From Dehalococcoidia bacterium (GTDB lineage: Bacteria > Chloroflexota > Dehalococcoidia > Lucifugimonadales > VXLM01), in NCBI GenBank assembly GCA_034421575.1, contig DAOUKG010000066.1, positions 66,506 through 130,505 of the forward strand: a DNA stretch of 64,000 nt, given 5' to 3'. Each line of letters starts with the position of its first letter. The stretch's first letter is position 1. The notes below the pieces were generated by a model. The model was not told the origin of the DNA and ran no database searches. It saw only the letters and a list, made by a program, of their open reading frames with translations. The position numbers and the translations under genes were made by a program. Shown piece by piece: positions 45,377 through 55,441 of this stretch.

Positions 45377-46846
45377 ATGAGCACTTGGCTTCGCGCGGTG
45401 TCGGTGATGTTTCTCGCTCTGATCGTCCTTTCAGGGTGCGAGCAAGAGGAGCACTCCCTAAGACCTGTGCCGATCGACCCGTCCGACGTCAGGGTAGTCA
45501 CGTTTAGCGACCAGGGCTTTACACCGCTGCGGATCGAGATCGAGGTGGGCCAAACGGTGCGGTTCCGCAACACATCGGAGACCTTCTTCTGGCCAGCTTC
45601 GAACATCCACCCAACGCACCAGATTTACCCTGAGTTCGATGCCGGGGCGCCTGTCGAGGCGGGCAAGACGTGGACTTTCACCTTCGACCGTCCCGGCTTC
45701 TGGCGGTACCACAACCATCTGGGCCCGGAGCGCAGCGGGCTGGTGGTGGTAACCGGCGACCCGGTCGAGCCGCCCACCCCTCTCGTTCTTACCTCCGAGG
45801 GACTGTCATTCGGCACGCCGTCTGACCTATCTCTCACGCAGTACATGGAGCTCTACGAGAGCGACAACGCGATGAGGAGGTTTCTGCGCGACTACGGACC
45901 ATCTGAGACCGTGAGGGCGTTGCTGGAAGGGTCTATACGCACGAATGCCGACTGTCATCAGCGGGCACACGATGCCGGTCGAGTGGCCTACGAGCTATTC
46001 GGGGCCGCCGCCTTCTACCTGGCGAGTCACGAGTGCCAGGCGGGTTCGTACCACGGAGCGACCGAGGCGCTCTTCCACGACCGTGGCACCGTCAATCTGC
46101 GTGAGGACGTCTCCGTGCTGTGCAGCTATGCCAACGTCTCGTTCTACTACCTTCAGTGCCTGCACGGTGTCGGCCATGGCCTCATGGCGTGGACCAGCTA
46201 CGAACTGCATGACGCGCTCTCGCTGTGCGAGGAGCTCGAAACGCCATCCGACCACCGGGCCTGCTACTCCGGGGTCTTCATGGAGAACGTCATCGGGGGC
46301 CTTTCGGGACTCATGGGACACGTGACCGATTACCTGTCCGACGACCCCCATTTCCCCTGTAACTCCTTGGAAGAGAAGTACGTGCAGATGTGCTACTTCT
46401 ATCAGAGCACCCGCATGATGATCCTCTACGAAAACGACCTTGCCAGGGTGGCGGAAACCTGTGCCGCGGCACCCGAAGAGGCCCACCATTACTGTTTCCG
46501 AAGTCTCGGCCGCGACGTGGGCGGCTTCACGGTCGGTGATCCCGCGCGGGCCCTAGAACTGTGTGGCCTTGCCGATGATCCGAAGAACCGGGCTTACTGC
46601 ATCGAAGGGGCGGTGCAAAACAGGTTCTGGGATGTATCAGGGGCCGATGAAGCGCTCAGCATGTGCGCGATGTCCACCGACCAAGGGGACCGCTTTGCCT
46701 GCTATCAGACCATCGTCTTCCGCGCTCAAGAGCTCTACGAGAGTGAAGACGCGTTTGCGGCGTTCTGCAGCCGCGTGGACGAGAGCTTCAAAGAGTGGTG
46801 CCTGAGCAAGGAGCTAACCCGGGTTGGCAATGAGGCCCGGAAGTGA
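45377..46846 (+). CDS. lipoprotein with N-terminal cupredoxin-like domain and C-terminal paired-cysteine repeat region
   Basis: Signal/lipobox LALIVLSGC. Cupredoxin-like segment VVTFSDQGFTPLRIEIEVGQTVRFRN...HPTH...WTFTFDRPGFWRYHNHL. This is followed by about 8 modules, each with two Cys. Confidence 0.7.
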   Translation: MSTWLRAVSVMFLALIVLSGCEQEEHSLRPVPIDPSDVRVVTFSDQGFTPLRIEIEVGQTVRFRNTSETFFWPASNIHPTHQIYPEFDAGAPVEAGKTWTFTFDRPGFWRYHNHLGPERSGLVVVTGDPVEPPTPLVLTSEGLSFGTPSDLSLTQYMELYESDNAMRRFLRDYGPSETVRALLEGSIRTNADCHQRAHDAGRVAYELFGAAAFYLASHECQAGSYHGATEALFHDRGTVNLREDVSVLCSYANVSFYYLQCLHGVGHGLMAWTSYELHDALSLCEELETPSDHRACYSGVFMENVIGGLSGLMGHVTDYLSDDPHFPCNSLEEKYVQMCYFYQSTRMMILYENDLARVAETCAAAPEEAHHYCFRSLGRDVGGFTVGDPARALELCGLADDPKNRAYCIEGAVQNRFWDVSGADEALSMCAMSTDQGDRFACYQTIVFRAQELYESEDAFAAFCSRVDESFKEWCLSKELTRVGNEARK

Positions 46847-47012
46847 AGGAATTCGCAATCCTGAGGTTTACAATCTCACCTATCCGACTACGTGGGATAC
46901 AGAACCTGGATGGAATGTTGACAGTTCCCCTCTGCGTTCATAGACTTACAGCCGACTTCGACACTCGTAGTTTACGAGTCTCCCAAGACGGGCAATCTCA
47001 ACGAGGCCCTCG

Positions 47013-47771
47013 ATGACCGAATACCCTGAGCAAGAGTCCATCGGAAGGAAGATTGCCGGGCACATACGTGGCACGCTCATCGCGGGTGTGCTTATCCTCG
47101 TTCCCATCGCAATTACCTATGTGCTGGTGGTTTGGGTCTTCAACAGCATCGATGGGCTTCTTCAGCCCCTGCTGGAGAGTATCACCGATCGTCATATACC
47201 CGGTCTTGGTTTGCTCGCCCTGATCATAATGGTCTATATCCTAGGACTCATCTGGACCAAGCGACTGGGCCGTCGAACGATCCGTACGCTCCAGCACTTC
47301 TTGCTCAAGGTCCCCCTGATCGGCGCCGTCTACGGCCCGGCCAGGAAGCTCATCGAGTCGTTCACAGGCGATAGCACGGCGGGATTCAAAAGGGTGGTCG
47401 TCGTCGAGTACCCGAAGCAGGGCACCTGGATGATCGGGTTCCTCACGGGCATTGCCAACGTCGTGCCGGGCACGACCATGGGGGTGATTTATCTACCCAC
47501 GGCGCCCACTCCGAATTCGGGGTGGGTCGCGATGGTGCCAATCCAGAACATCTACGACACGACGATGACCGTTCAGGAGGCAATGACGATGGTGCTGTCC
47601 GGCGGGATATCATCGCCGGTGCAGATAGACCTCAAGCCGATGGACCCCCTCGAGGTGGCAGAGTTCGCGATGGTCGGATCGGAAGGAGCCACGCCCACGG
47701 TAAGACCCGAATCGGGAGTTTTCAACCTGCCTTTCATCAGCCGCGATGACGAAAGCGAAGAGAGTAGGTGA
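47013..47771 (+). CDS. DUF502 domain membrane protein
   Basis: Two N-terminal TM helices and the conserved LPTAPTPNSGW motif. Confidence 0.85.
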   Translation: MTEYPEQESIGRKIAGHIRGTLIAGVLILVPIAITYVLVVWVFNSIDGLLQPLLESITDRHIPGLGLLALIIMVYILGLIWTKRLGRRTIRTLQHFLLKVPLIGAVYGPARKLIESFTGDSTAGFKRVVVVEYPKQGTWMIGFLTGIANVVPGTTMGVIYLPTAPTPNSGWVAMVPIQNIYDTTMTVQEAMTMVLSGGISSPVQIDLKPMDPLEVAEFAMVGSEGATPTVRPESGVFNLPFISRDDESEESR

Positions 47772-47777
47772 CTTAAT

Positions 47778-48374
47778 ATGGGAGTCGATGCCAACAAAGT
47801 CCGACTGACGGGAGAGAACTCGTTTCTGCGATTAGGTGAATCAGCCGAGGCCGACCCTACGACCAGCAACAGTCATTGGCGAATCGTTCACTCGCCAAAA
47901 GGGCCGGGACACGTCCTGTTTACCAAGGGCGAGTTGACGGGAGGTGAGGCCCGCATCTATTCCGACAACATCGACATGGCCCGCTGGCTTCAGGAAGGCG
48001 TGCAAGCCTCAATGGGCGACCAGTATGCCGGCGACATACCTATCATCGAGGCGGACTTTTGGAAGTCGGGCGACACCCTGTCGTTCTGGACCGAGTACGT
48101 CGAGTCTCGCGACGATCACATCATCCTGACCTGGTACGACCTCGGAGAGCCGGTGATGGTCGCGAATCCACCCGGCGAGAAGGAAGGACAACCTCACGGA
48201 GTGTACAGCCTGCTCATACCGGCGGGACGCGCCCAAATGACGGTGAATGGCGTCGTTGCATCAGGCAAGGCCCACCCGCGACCTCTCGATGACTCCACCA
48301 ACATCAGCACCTGCTGCATCGCCCTATCGGAAACGTGGACCATTCCGCGAGACCACGAGTGGGCATGCGAGTGA
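47778..48374 (+). CDS. hypothetical protein
   Basis: 198-aa ORF starting 6 nt after the DUF502 stop. Coding-like composition. I recognise no family. Confidence 0.55.
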   Translation: MGVDANKVRLTGENSFLRLGESAEADPTTSNSHWRIVHSPKGPGHVLFTKGELTGGEARIYSDNIDMARWLQEGVQASMGDQYAGDIPIIEADFWKSGDTLSFWTEYVESRDDHIILTWYDLGEPVMVANPPGEKEGQPHGVYSLLIPAGRAQMTVNGVVASGKAHPRPLDDSTNISTCCIALSETWTIPRDHEWACE

Positions 48375-48384
48375 GGGGTTCGTT

Positions 48385-49578
48385 CTAGGGGGCCACACCA
48401 GGTTTTGGCTCCCTATCGGGTCGCCGTCGCTGTGCCTCGAGCCACTTGCGCTTCTGCTCCCGCCGGGTCTTCTCGTCCGGGGGTACAAATCGTTGGTGGA
48501 ACTTTGTGCGATACCCTTCGAAGGCACCGTCACGGATGGCCGCGCGCATCTCCTCCATCAGGCGCAGTATGAACCGTACGTTGTGGATCGTTGCCAGACG
48601 GAATGCCAGCAGCTCGTTGGCCCGGAAGAGGTGGTGGATGTAGCCTGCGGTGAAGGTCCGGCAAGCATAGCAGTCGCAGTCCTCCTCTATCGGCGATTGC
48701 AGGTCTCGGAAGCGCGCCGAGTCCACGTTTATGCGACCCTCGCGAACGAAGAGCGCACCGTTGCGAGCGATTCGGGTGGGCAGCACGCAGTCGAACATGT
48801 CGATGCCGCGCGCCACGGATTCGACAAGATCCTCCGGCGAACCAACTCCCATGAGGTAGCGTGGGCGGTCCGAGGGCAGCAGCTCCGTGGTGTGTCCAAC
48901 CGTCTCTATCATCTCGCTCTTGGACTCTCCTACGCTCAGGCCACCAAGTGCGTACCCAGGGAATTCCAGTGCCGTGATCTGCGCGGCAGACCTCTCTCGG
49001 AGATCGAGGAATGTCCCGCCCTGAACGATGCCAAACAGCATCTGGTCGTCTCGTATTTGGGCGTCACGGCACCGCTCCGCCCATCGGGTTGTCTGCTCAA
49101 CGGCGGCAGCCACACCGGCGCGGTCGCTGCCTCCCGGAGCGCAGACGTCAATGGGCATGATAACGTCCGCCCCGATGCCCTCCTGGTGCGCAATGACCGA
49201 TTCGGGACTGAACATGTGCTTGCTGCCGTCGATGTGGGACCTGAATTCGATACCCTCCTCGCTCATGGTCCTCAAGTGTTCGAGGCTGAAGCCTTGAAAT
49301 CCTCCGCTGTCGGTCAGCGTGGGACCGTTCCATGCCATAAACGAGGCAAGTCCTCCCGAGTCCCGCACCGACTCAACCCCTGGGCGCAGGTACAGGTGGT
49401 ACGTGTTGCCCAAGAGTATCGCTGCACCCATCGCGCGGAGGTCATTCGGGTCGACGGCCTTCACCGAGCCCTGTGTCGCCACGGGCATAAAGGCCGGAGT
49501 CGGAACGTCGCCATGGGGCGTGTGAAGCGTCCCAAGGCGGGCCTTGCCGTCCGTCTTGTGAAGATTGAAATCAGTCAT
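48385..49578 (-). CDS. tgt: tRNA-guanine transglycosylase (queuine tRNA-ribosyltransferase)
   Basis: TPAFMPV, LTDSGGFQ, and Zn site CDCYAC...H. Confidence 0.95.
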   Translation of the reverse strand: MTDFNLHKTDGKARLGTLHTPHGDVPTPAFMPVATQGSVKAVDPNDLRAMGAAILLGNTYHLYLRPGVESVRDSGGLASFMAWNGPTLTDSGGFQGFSLEHLRTMSEEGIEFRSHIDGSKHMFSPESVIAHQEGIGADVIMPIDVCAPGGSDRAGVAAAVEQTTRWAERCRDAQIRDDQMLFGIVQGGTFLDLRERSAAQITALEFPGYALGGLSVGESKSEMIETVGHTTELLPSDRPRYLMGVGSPEDLVESVARGIDMFDCVLPTRIARNGALFVREGRINVDSARFRDLQSPIEEDCDCYACRTFTAGYIHHLFRANELLAFRLATIHNVRFILRLMEEMRAAIRDGAFEGYRTKFHQRFVPPDEKTRREQKRKWLEAQRRRPDREPKPGVAP

Positions 49579-49730
49579 CGAGTCTTGTGCCGGTCACGCT
49601 GTTCTGTCCGGTAACGGTAGACGTGTGGATTCATCTTCATTATATGCCAGACATTTCGTAATCATTCTTTGCGGCGAAGCCGATTGAGTATAATGAAGCT
49701 TCCAACAATGCCAATAGAAAGCGAACGCCG

Positions 49731-52391
49731 ATGAACTCGAACGAGATACGCGAACGATTCCTCAGCTACTTTGAATCGCAGGGGCACTCACGGGTTGCCA
49801 GCTCCTCGCTGATTCCCGTCGGAGACCCCACCCTGCTTCTGACCAACGCGGGCATGGTGCAGTTCAAGCCCTATTTCTCAGGTGAGGCAACGCCGCCGAA
49901 CCGCCGGCTGACATCATCTCAGAAGTCCTTCCGAACGGTCGATATCGACGAGGTAGGCGATTCGACCCACCTGACCATGTTCGAGATGCTGGGGAATTTC
50001 AGCTTCGGCGACTACTTCAAGGACGGGGCGATGGGGTTCGCGGTCAACTGCCTGGAAGCGGCTATGGGGCTGCCGAGAGAGAACTTCGCCGCTACTGTCC
50101 ATGAGGGCGACGACGAGGCTTACGAGCTCTGGCAGAAGCACGGCATCCCCGAAGAGCACGTTTACCGGTTCGGTGACGCCGACAACTGGTGGGGCCCTCC
50201 AATTCATGGTGAAGAGGGGCCATGCGGTCCGTGCGCCGAACTCCACTACGACTTCGGCGATGCCCGACCAGGCTGCGGTCAAGACGACTGCGGCCCCAAC
50301 TGCGAGGACGTAAACCCGGAAACCGGCGAAATCTGCGAGCGCTACGTCGAGCTTTGGAACCTCGTTTTCATGCAGTTCTACCGCAATCCGGACGGCAGCA
50401 TGCCTCCCCTGCCCCAGACCGGGATCGACACCGGCATGGGCTTCGAGCGTCTCGTTGTCGTCCTGCAGGACGCCAGGGACATCTATGAGACGGACCTTTT
50501 CCTGCCCTTAATTCGCAAGGTCGAGGCAATTTCCGGTCACAAGTCCGATGAGAGCCCAGAGGTGCGGCAGGCGATGCGCGTCGTCGCCGAGCATGGCCGG
50601 AGTTCGGCGTTTCTCATAGCGGACGGCGTGGTCCCCTCCAATGACGGGCGGGGCTACGTACTCAGGCGGCTGGTACGAAGGGCCATTCGTCACGCCCGCA
50701 GGCTGGGAATGGACGACCCGTTCCTGGGCGAGATAGCGGACGCCGTAACCGACATCATGGGGGACGCCTACCCGGAACTCCGAAACAACCGCGATTTCGT
50801 GCAGACGGTCATCAAACTGGAGGAAGAGCGCTTCCTCTCGGTCTTCCAGAACGGCTACGCGATGCTGAACGACGCCCTTGAGGGAGCGGACTCCCTAACT
50901 GGTGAGACGGCCTTTCGGCTGTGGGACACGTACGGATTTCCGATTGAAATGACCCAGGAAATCGCAGAGGAAAGTGGCGTCGGCGTGGACATGGAGGGCT
51001 TCGAAAGCCACATGGCCGAACAGCGTGATCGCGCACGCGCAGGCGCGACGTTCGGCGCAGACCGCACGAAGATACGGCAGTACGAGAGCCTTGGCGTCGG
51101 CGGAGTGAATTTCCTCGGATACGAGTCGCTGGTGTCTCACTCCGTGGCAGTCGGCATGATTTCAGGCGGCGAGGTCGTGGGTGAAGTCAGCGAGGGAGAC
51201 GAGGTCGAGATCGCCTTAGTCGAAACGTCGTTCTACCCGGAGGGCGGCGGTCAAATCGGAGATGCAGGCGAGATGATCGGCCCTGAGGGCAAGATCGTCA
51301 TCCACGACACCCAGAGGGTAATGCCCGACCTTATCATGCACTTCGGCAAGGTGACGCAGGGGAAGATTGCGCTGGGGCAGACAATCGACGCTTACGTCGA
51401 TCCCGTGCGCCGGGAAGATACCGCAAGGAATCACACGGCTACACACCTGCTTCACGCGGCATTGCGTGAAGTGCTGGGGGCGCATGTTCGACAGGCCGGT
51501 TCGCTCGTGGCGCCCGACAGGCTCCGCTTCGACTTCTCCCACGTCGAACCCGTGACGCCCGAAGAGATGCGGCAGATACAGTTTCTTGTCAACGAGAAAA
51601 TTCGCCACAACGCTACGGTGACGAAATCGGAGGACAGGTACTCCAACGCCATCGAGCGCGGCGCACTGGCGTTCTTTGGCGATAAGTACGAGGACACCGT
51701 CCGCCTCATCGAAATCGCAAACGGCGCCACGTTCAGCTTCGAGGTCTGCGGCGGCACACACGTGGCGCGGACGGGGGAACTCGGCTCAGTCTTCGTGCTC
51801 GGGGAATCGAGCATCGGGGCGGGAATGCGCCGAATCGAGGCCACGAGCGGACGGGGGGCGGAACGCGTCGTCAATGAGCGAATTCATGCGACGAATGCCG
51901 TGGCCACCAAGCTCCAGACCCCGATAGCCGATATCGAAGGGCGAATCGACGGGCTGCTCGACGAACTGTCCCAGCTGCGTCGCGAGAAGGAGACACTGGA
52001 GCGCAAGCTATCGCTCACATCCGCAAGCGACCTGCTGGATGGACGGGAGGAAGTCGGAGGCGTTTCCGTCTTGGCGGCTCAAGTAGATGCCGCGAACGTG
52101 GACGCGATGCGGGAAATGGGTGACTGGCTCCGAGACAAGATGGGCAGCGGCGTTGTCGTCCTGGGGTCCGTCATAAACGACCGTCCCCTGCTCATATCGA
52201 TGGTTACTCCCGATCTTCGTTCGTCGGGACTCGACGCTTCCCAGATAGTTCGCGGCGCGGCCAAGGTCATCGGCGGAGGCGGCGGAGGCCGACCCGATAC
52301 CGCGCAGGCAGGGGGACGAGACGCATCCAAGCTCGGCGACGCGCTCGGTCTCGTGCCCAGCCTCGTAGAAGAGCAGATGGGCCAAGATTGA
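49731..52391 (+). CDS. alaS: alanine-tRNA ligase
   Basis: 886 aa. FEMLGNFSFGDYFK, editing-domain HTATHLLH, C-terminal DHHA1 GGGGGRPD. Confidence 0.97.
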   Translation: MNSNEIRERFLSYFESQGHSRVASSSLIPVGDPTLLLTNAGMVQFKPYFSGEATPPNRRLTSSQKSFRTVDIDEVGDSTHLTMFEMLGNFSFGDYFKDGAMGFAVNCLEAAMGLPRENFAATVHEGDDEAYELWQKHGIPEEHVYRFGDADNWWGPPIHGEEGPCGPCAELHYDFGDARPGCGQDDCGPNCEDVNPETGEICERYVELWNLVFMQFYRNPDGSMPPLPQTGIDTGMGFERLVVVLQDARDIYETDLFLPLIRKVEAISGHKSDESPEVRQAMRVVAEHGRSSAFLIADGVVPSNDGRGYVLRRLVRRAIRHARRLGMDDPFLGEIADAVTDIMGDAYPELRNNRDFVQTVIKLEEERFLSVFQNGYAMLNDALEGADSLTGETAFRLWDTYGFPIEMTQEIAEESGVGVDMEGFESHMAEQRDRARAGATFGADRTKIRQYESLGVGGVNFLGYESLVSHSVAVGMISGGEVVGEVSEGDEVEIALVETSFYPEGGGQIGDAGEMIGPEGKIVIHDTQRVMPDLIMHFGKVTQGKIALGQTIDAYVDPVRREDTARNHTATHLLHAALREVLGAHVRQAGSLVAPDRLRFDFSHVEPVTPEEMRQIQFLVNEKIRHNATVTKSEDRYSNAIERGALAFFGDKYEDTVRLIEIANGATFSFEVCGGTHVARTGELGSVFVLGESSIGAGMRRIEATSGRGAERVVNERIHATNAVATKLQTPIADIEGRIDGLLDELSQLRREKETLERKLSLTSASDLLDGREEVGGVSVLAAQVDAANVDAMREMGDWLRDKMGSGVVVLGSVINDRPLLISMVTPDLRSSGLDASQIVRGAAKVIGGGGGGRPDTAQAGGRDASKLGDALGLVPSLVEEQMGQD

Positions 52392-52804
52392 GGATACTGG
52401 CGCTTGACGTTGGAGACAAACGCATCGGCGTCGCCGTCAGCGACCCTCTGGGCGTACTCGCGTCGCCCCTGACCGCGATCGAGCGCAGGTCGGACGCCTC
52501 CTCCATCGACGCGATCCTGGAGGTTCTGAGCCGAGAGGAAGCGGCTGAGCTCGTTGTAGGTCTCCCCATCTCGCTCAGGGGTGGACACAGTGCTCAGACG
52601 AATTCCGTTGCCGCGTTCGTGCGGAAGCTTGAGGAACGTTCCCCTGTTCCTGTGACCACAGTGGACGAGAGGTATTCCACCGTTGAGGCAGAGCGACTCC
52701 TGAGCCAGTCCAAGCCCACGAGGTCGCGGAGTCGCGGCGAAATCGACGCCGCAGCGGCGGCGGTCATTTTGCAGACCTATCTCGATAGTCGATCTTCCGC
52801 CTAG
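52388..52804 (+). CDS. ruvX: Holliday junction resolvase-like protein RuvX (YqgF)
   Basis: MRILALDVGDKRIGVAVSD. Overlaps the alaS stop by 4 nt. Confidence 0.9.
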   Translation: MRILALDVGDKRIGVAVSDPLGVLASPLTAIERRSDASSIDAILEVLSREEAAELVVGLPISLRGGHSAQTNSVAAFVRKLEERSPVPVTTVDERYSTVEAERLLSQSKPTRSRSRGEIDAAAAAVILQTYLDSRSSA

Positions 52805-52918
52805 TCGTGGCCAATCGGCGGGCTACTCAGGCCGCTGCGCTACTGTTTCGAGTCCCAAGGTCGCCAAGTTCGTCCATGCCGTCTGATATACTACGGCCAC
52901 ATTGATCCGGGACACCTG

Positions 52919-53755
52919 ATGGCCAAGCAACTCGGCGTCATTGGATATCCGCTCTCTCACACCCTGTCGCCCGTATTTCAGCAGGCGGCACTCGACTACC
53001 ACGCGATTCCGGCAACATACTCGGCATGGCCGACACCTCCGGAGTCCCTAGACGATGCCGTTGAGAGCTTTCGTGGAACGAAATACCTCGGATTCAATAT
53101 TACGATTCCCCACAAGCAACGGCTGTTGGAATTGGTCGATGAAGTGGATGACATGGCCCGTGACATCGGCGCCGTAAACACCGTCGTCAACCGGGAAGGA
53201 ATGCTGACCGGCTACAACACGGACGCCTATGGTTTCGTCAAAAGCCTCGGGGAAAAGGCGGGGTTTGAGCCGAGGGGGAAGGTTGTACTTCTCCTTGGGG
53301 CAGGTGGCGCCGCGCGAGCTGCCGCCTACGCCCTCGCGGCGGAAGGCGTCGAGGCGCTCACGATCGCCAACAGAACTATCGCTCGTGCGGAGGCCCTTGC
53401 GGAGGATGTTGCCCCGCGCCTCAGGGCAGTCAACGCAGTCGCGCTTGAGAACGCGCCGCATGAAGTCGATCTGATCGTCAACTCCACGTCGGTGGGCATG
53501 GCTTCCAGCGATGGCGCGGGACAATCTCCATTGCAGGGAAGCTCGATTCGTCAAGGAACGCTGGTGTATGACATGGTATACACTCCGGCATTGACCCCCC
53601 TGCTGCAATGTGCCCAGAGGGCGGGTGCGCAGGTCTTGGGAGGCCTGTGGATGTTGATCTACCAGGGAGCGGCCTCCTTTGAGCTTTGGACCGGCAAGCA
53701 GGCCCCCACGGATGTAATGTACCAAGCAGCCCAACAAGCTCTAGATAAGAAATAG
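52919..53755 (+). CDS. aroE: shikimate dehydrogenase
   Basis: GVIGYPLSHTLSP, NITIPHK, GAGGAARA. Confidence 0.9.
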   Translation: MAKQLGVIGYPLSHTLSPVFQQAALDYHAIPATYSAWPTPPESLDDAVESFRGTKYLGFNITIPHKQRLLELVDEVDDMARDIGAVNTVVNREGMLTGYNTDAYGFVKSLGEKAGFEPRGKVVLLLGAGGAARAAAYALAAEGVEALTIANRTIARAEALAEDVAPRLRAVNAVALENAPHEVDLIVNSTSVGMASSDGAGQSPLQGSSIRQGTLVYDMVYTPALTPLLQCAQRAGAQVLGGLWMLIYQGAASFELWTGKQAPTDVMYQAAQQALDKK

Positions 53756-53765
53756 CAAGAGATCA

Positions 53766-55418
53766 ATGGGACCGAATATCTACCTGACAGGATTCTCCGG
53801 CAGCGGCAAGACGACCGTCGGCAAGCAGGTCGCGGCCATGACCGGTTGGAAGTATCGCGACACTGACGATGAAATCGTCGCGGCGACGGGCCGCGCCATC
53901 GAGGATATCTTTCGCGATGACGGCGAGGAGGCGTTCCGGCAGTTGGAGCGCAGCATCTTGGAATCGGTGTCAAAGGGAGAACGACAGGTAGTCTCCACAG
54001 GCGGCGGCATCGTGGTCGACGAGGAAAATCGGCGAACGATGGATTCAACCGGAATCATCGTCTGTCTCGAAGCACGCGCGGATACCATCTACCGTAGATT
54101 GTCCGGCTCGCATGAGACCCATGACGAACAGGTGGTGCGCCCTCTCTTGCAGGACTCCGATCCGTTACGGCGCATCATCAGCCTGAAGGCCGAGAGACAG
54201 CCCATCTACGCTCTTGCCCATTGGACGGTGCATACCGACGATCTTTCCGTCAATGAGGCAGCATCCGAGGTTGTGAGGGCGAGAGATATGTTCTCAAACA
54301 GGGGACTTTCGGGACCGGCCCATGACGCCGACCTTGCGGCAACGGTGCGTACATCGTCGGGCGATTACCCTGTCTGGGTCGGCTGGGGCCTCTCCCAAAC
54401 GGTCGGCGAGCGAGTGAAGACCCTGATAGACCCGGGGGCCGCGTACGTCATTACCGACAACTTCGTACACCGATACGCTCGGACCGTGCAGATGTCGATG
54501 GAGGCGGCGGGAATTCCGAGTCACATCTTCGTAATGGAGTCCGGTGAAAGGCACAAGAGCCTCGACACGCTGACGCACATTTATCGATGGCTGGCGGAAA
54601 GAAAGGCGGAGCGCGGTCACCTGATCGTGGCCGTTGGCGGAGGTGTCGTCGGCGACGTGGCGGGATACGCCGCAGCGACGTATTTGCGAGGGATGCCGGT
54701 AGTGCAGTCCCCGACGACCCTGGTGGCGATGATGGACGCGGCGGTTGGTGGGAAGACGGCTGTAGACCTTCCCGAAGGTAAGAACCTCGTGGGCGCGTTC
54801 AAGCAGCCGGAGTTTGTTCTCGCCGACGTGGAGGCCCTTGCCACTCTCCCAGAGCGAGCATTGGTTTCCGGTTGGGCCGAGGCGATCAAGCACGCACTCA
54901 TCCTGGATGAGCCTCTGCTGCGCGTGTTCGAGGAGAACGCAGAGTCGATTGGCTCGCTGGAGCCGGAGACCGCAAGCGACGCCCTTCGGCGCAGTGTGGC
55001 AATAAAGGCCGACGTGGTATCGCGAGATGAGCGAGAAACGCTGGGCATTCGCGCGCTCCTGAATTACGGACACACCACCGCTCACGCCCTCGAGGCGGTC
55101 ACAGGCTATGAACGCTATCTACACGGCGAAGCGGTGTCCATCGGCATGATGGCGGCGGCCGACATCTCCAACCGGATGGGCCTCTTGTCCGATGCCGACG
55201 TTCAGCGCCAACGCTCCGTGCTGGAGGCATACGGGCTGCCTCTGACCTATCGAGACGTGGACCCCGCCGCCATAAGAGCAGCCATGAGCATGGACAAGAA
55301 GACGGTTGGCGGAAGGATACGATGGGTACTATTGGACGGAATCGGCCATGCTGTCACAAGAAGCGACGTTCCGCCCGAGTTTATTGACAGAGCACTCAGA
55401 GGGGTTTCAGAGCAATGA
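53766..55418 (+). CDS. bifunctional shikimate kinase / 3-dehydroquinate synthase
   Basis: N-terminal P-loop GFSGSGKTT with a GGGIV-type kinase core. C-terminal AroB motifs GGGVVGDVAGYAAATYLRG, GGKTAVD, NYGHTTAHA. Confidence 0.9.
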   Translation: MGPNIYLTGFSGSGKTTVGKQVAAMTGWKYRDTDDEIVAATGRAIEDIFRDDGEEAFRQLERSILESVSKGERQVVSTGGGIVVDEENRRTMDSTGIIVCLEARADTIYRRLSGSHETHDEQVVRPLLQDSDPLRRIISLKAERQPIYALAHWTVHTDDLSVNEAASEVVRARDMFSNRGLSGPAHDADLAATVRTSSGDYPVWVGWGLSQTVGERVKTLIDPGAAYVITDNFVHRYARTVQMSMEAAGIPSHIFVMESGERHKSLDTLTHIYRWLAERKAERGHLIVAVGGGVVGDVAGYAAATYLRGMPVVQSPTTLVAMMDAAVGGKTAVDLPEGKNLVGAFKQPEFVLADVEALATLPERALVSGWAEAIKHALILDEPLLRVFEENAESIGSLEPETASDALRRSVAIKADVVSRDERETLGIRALLNYGHTTAHALEAVTGYERYLHGEAVSIGMMAAADISNRMGLLSDADVQRQRSVLEAYGLPLTYRDVDPAAIRAAMSMDKKTVGGRIRWVLLDGIGHAVTRSDVPPEFIDRALRGVSEQ

Positions 55419-55441
55419 GACTGTGGGCGTAAGTTCGCCAG

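Noticed and set aside
1297-49614. Many long ORFs antisense to, or out of frame with, confident genes. Examples: 1297-2388(-), 3528-4472(-), 8969-10042(+), 9147-10340(-), 15465-16571(+), 19075-20112(+), 23679-24572(+), 28696-30144(+), 40403-41119(-), 48247-49614(+).
   Set aside because: These are typical high-GC shadow ORFs. Their translations are Arg/Pro/Gly/Ala-rich and low in complexity, with no motifs. Each fully overlaps a gene that has clear family signatures on the other strand or in another frame.
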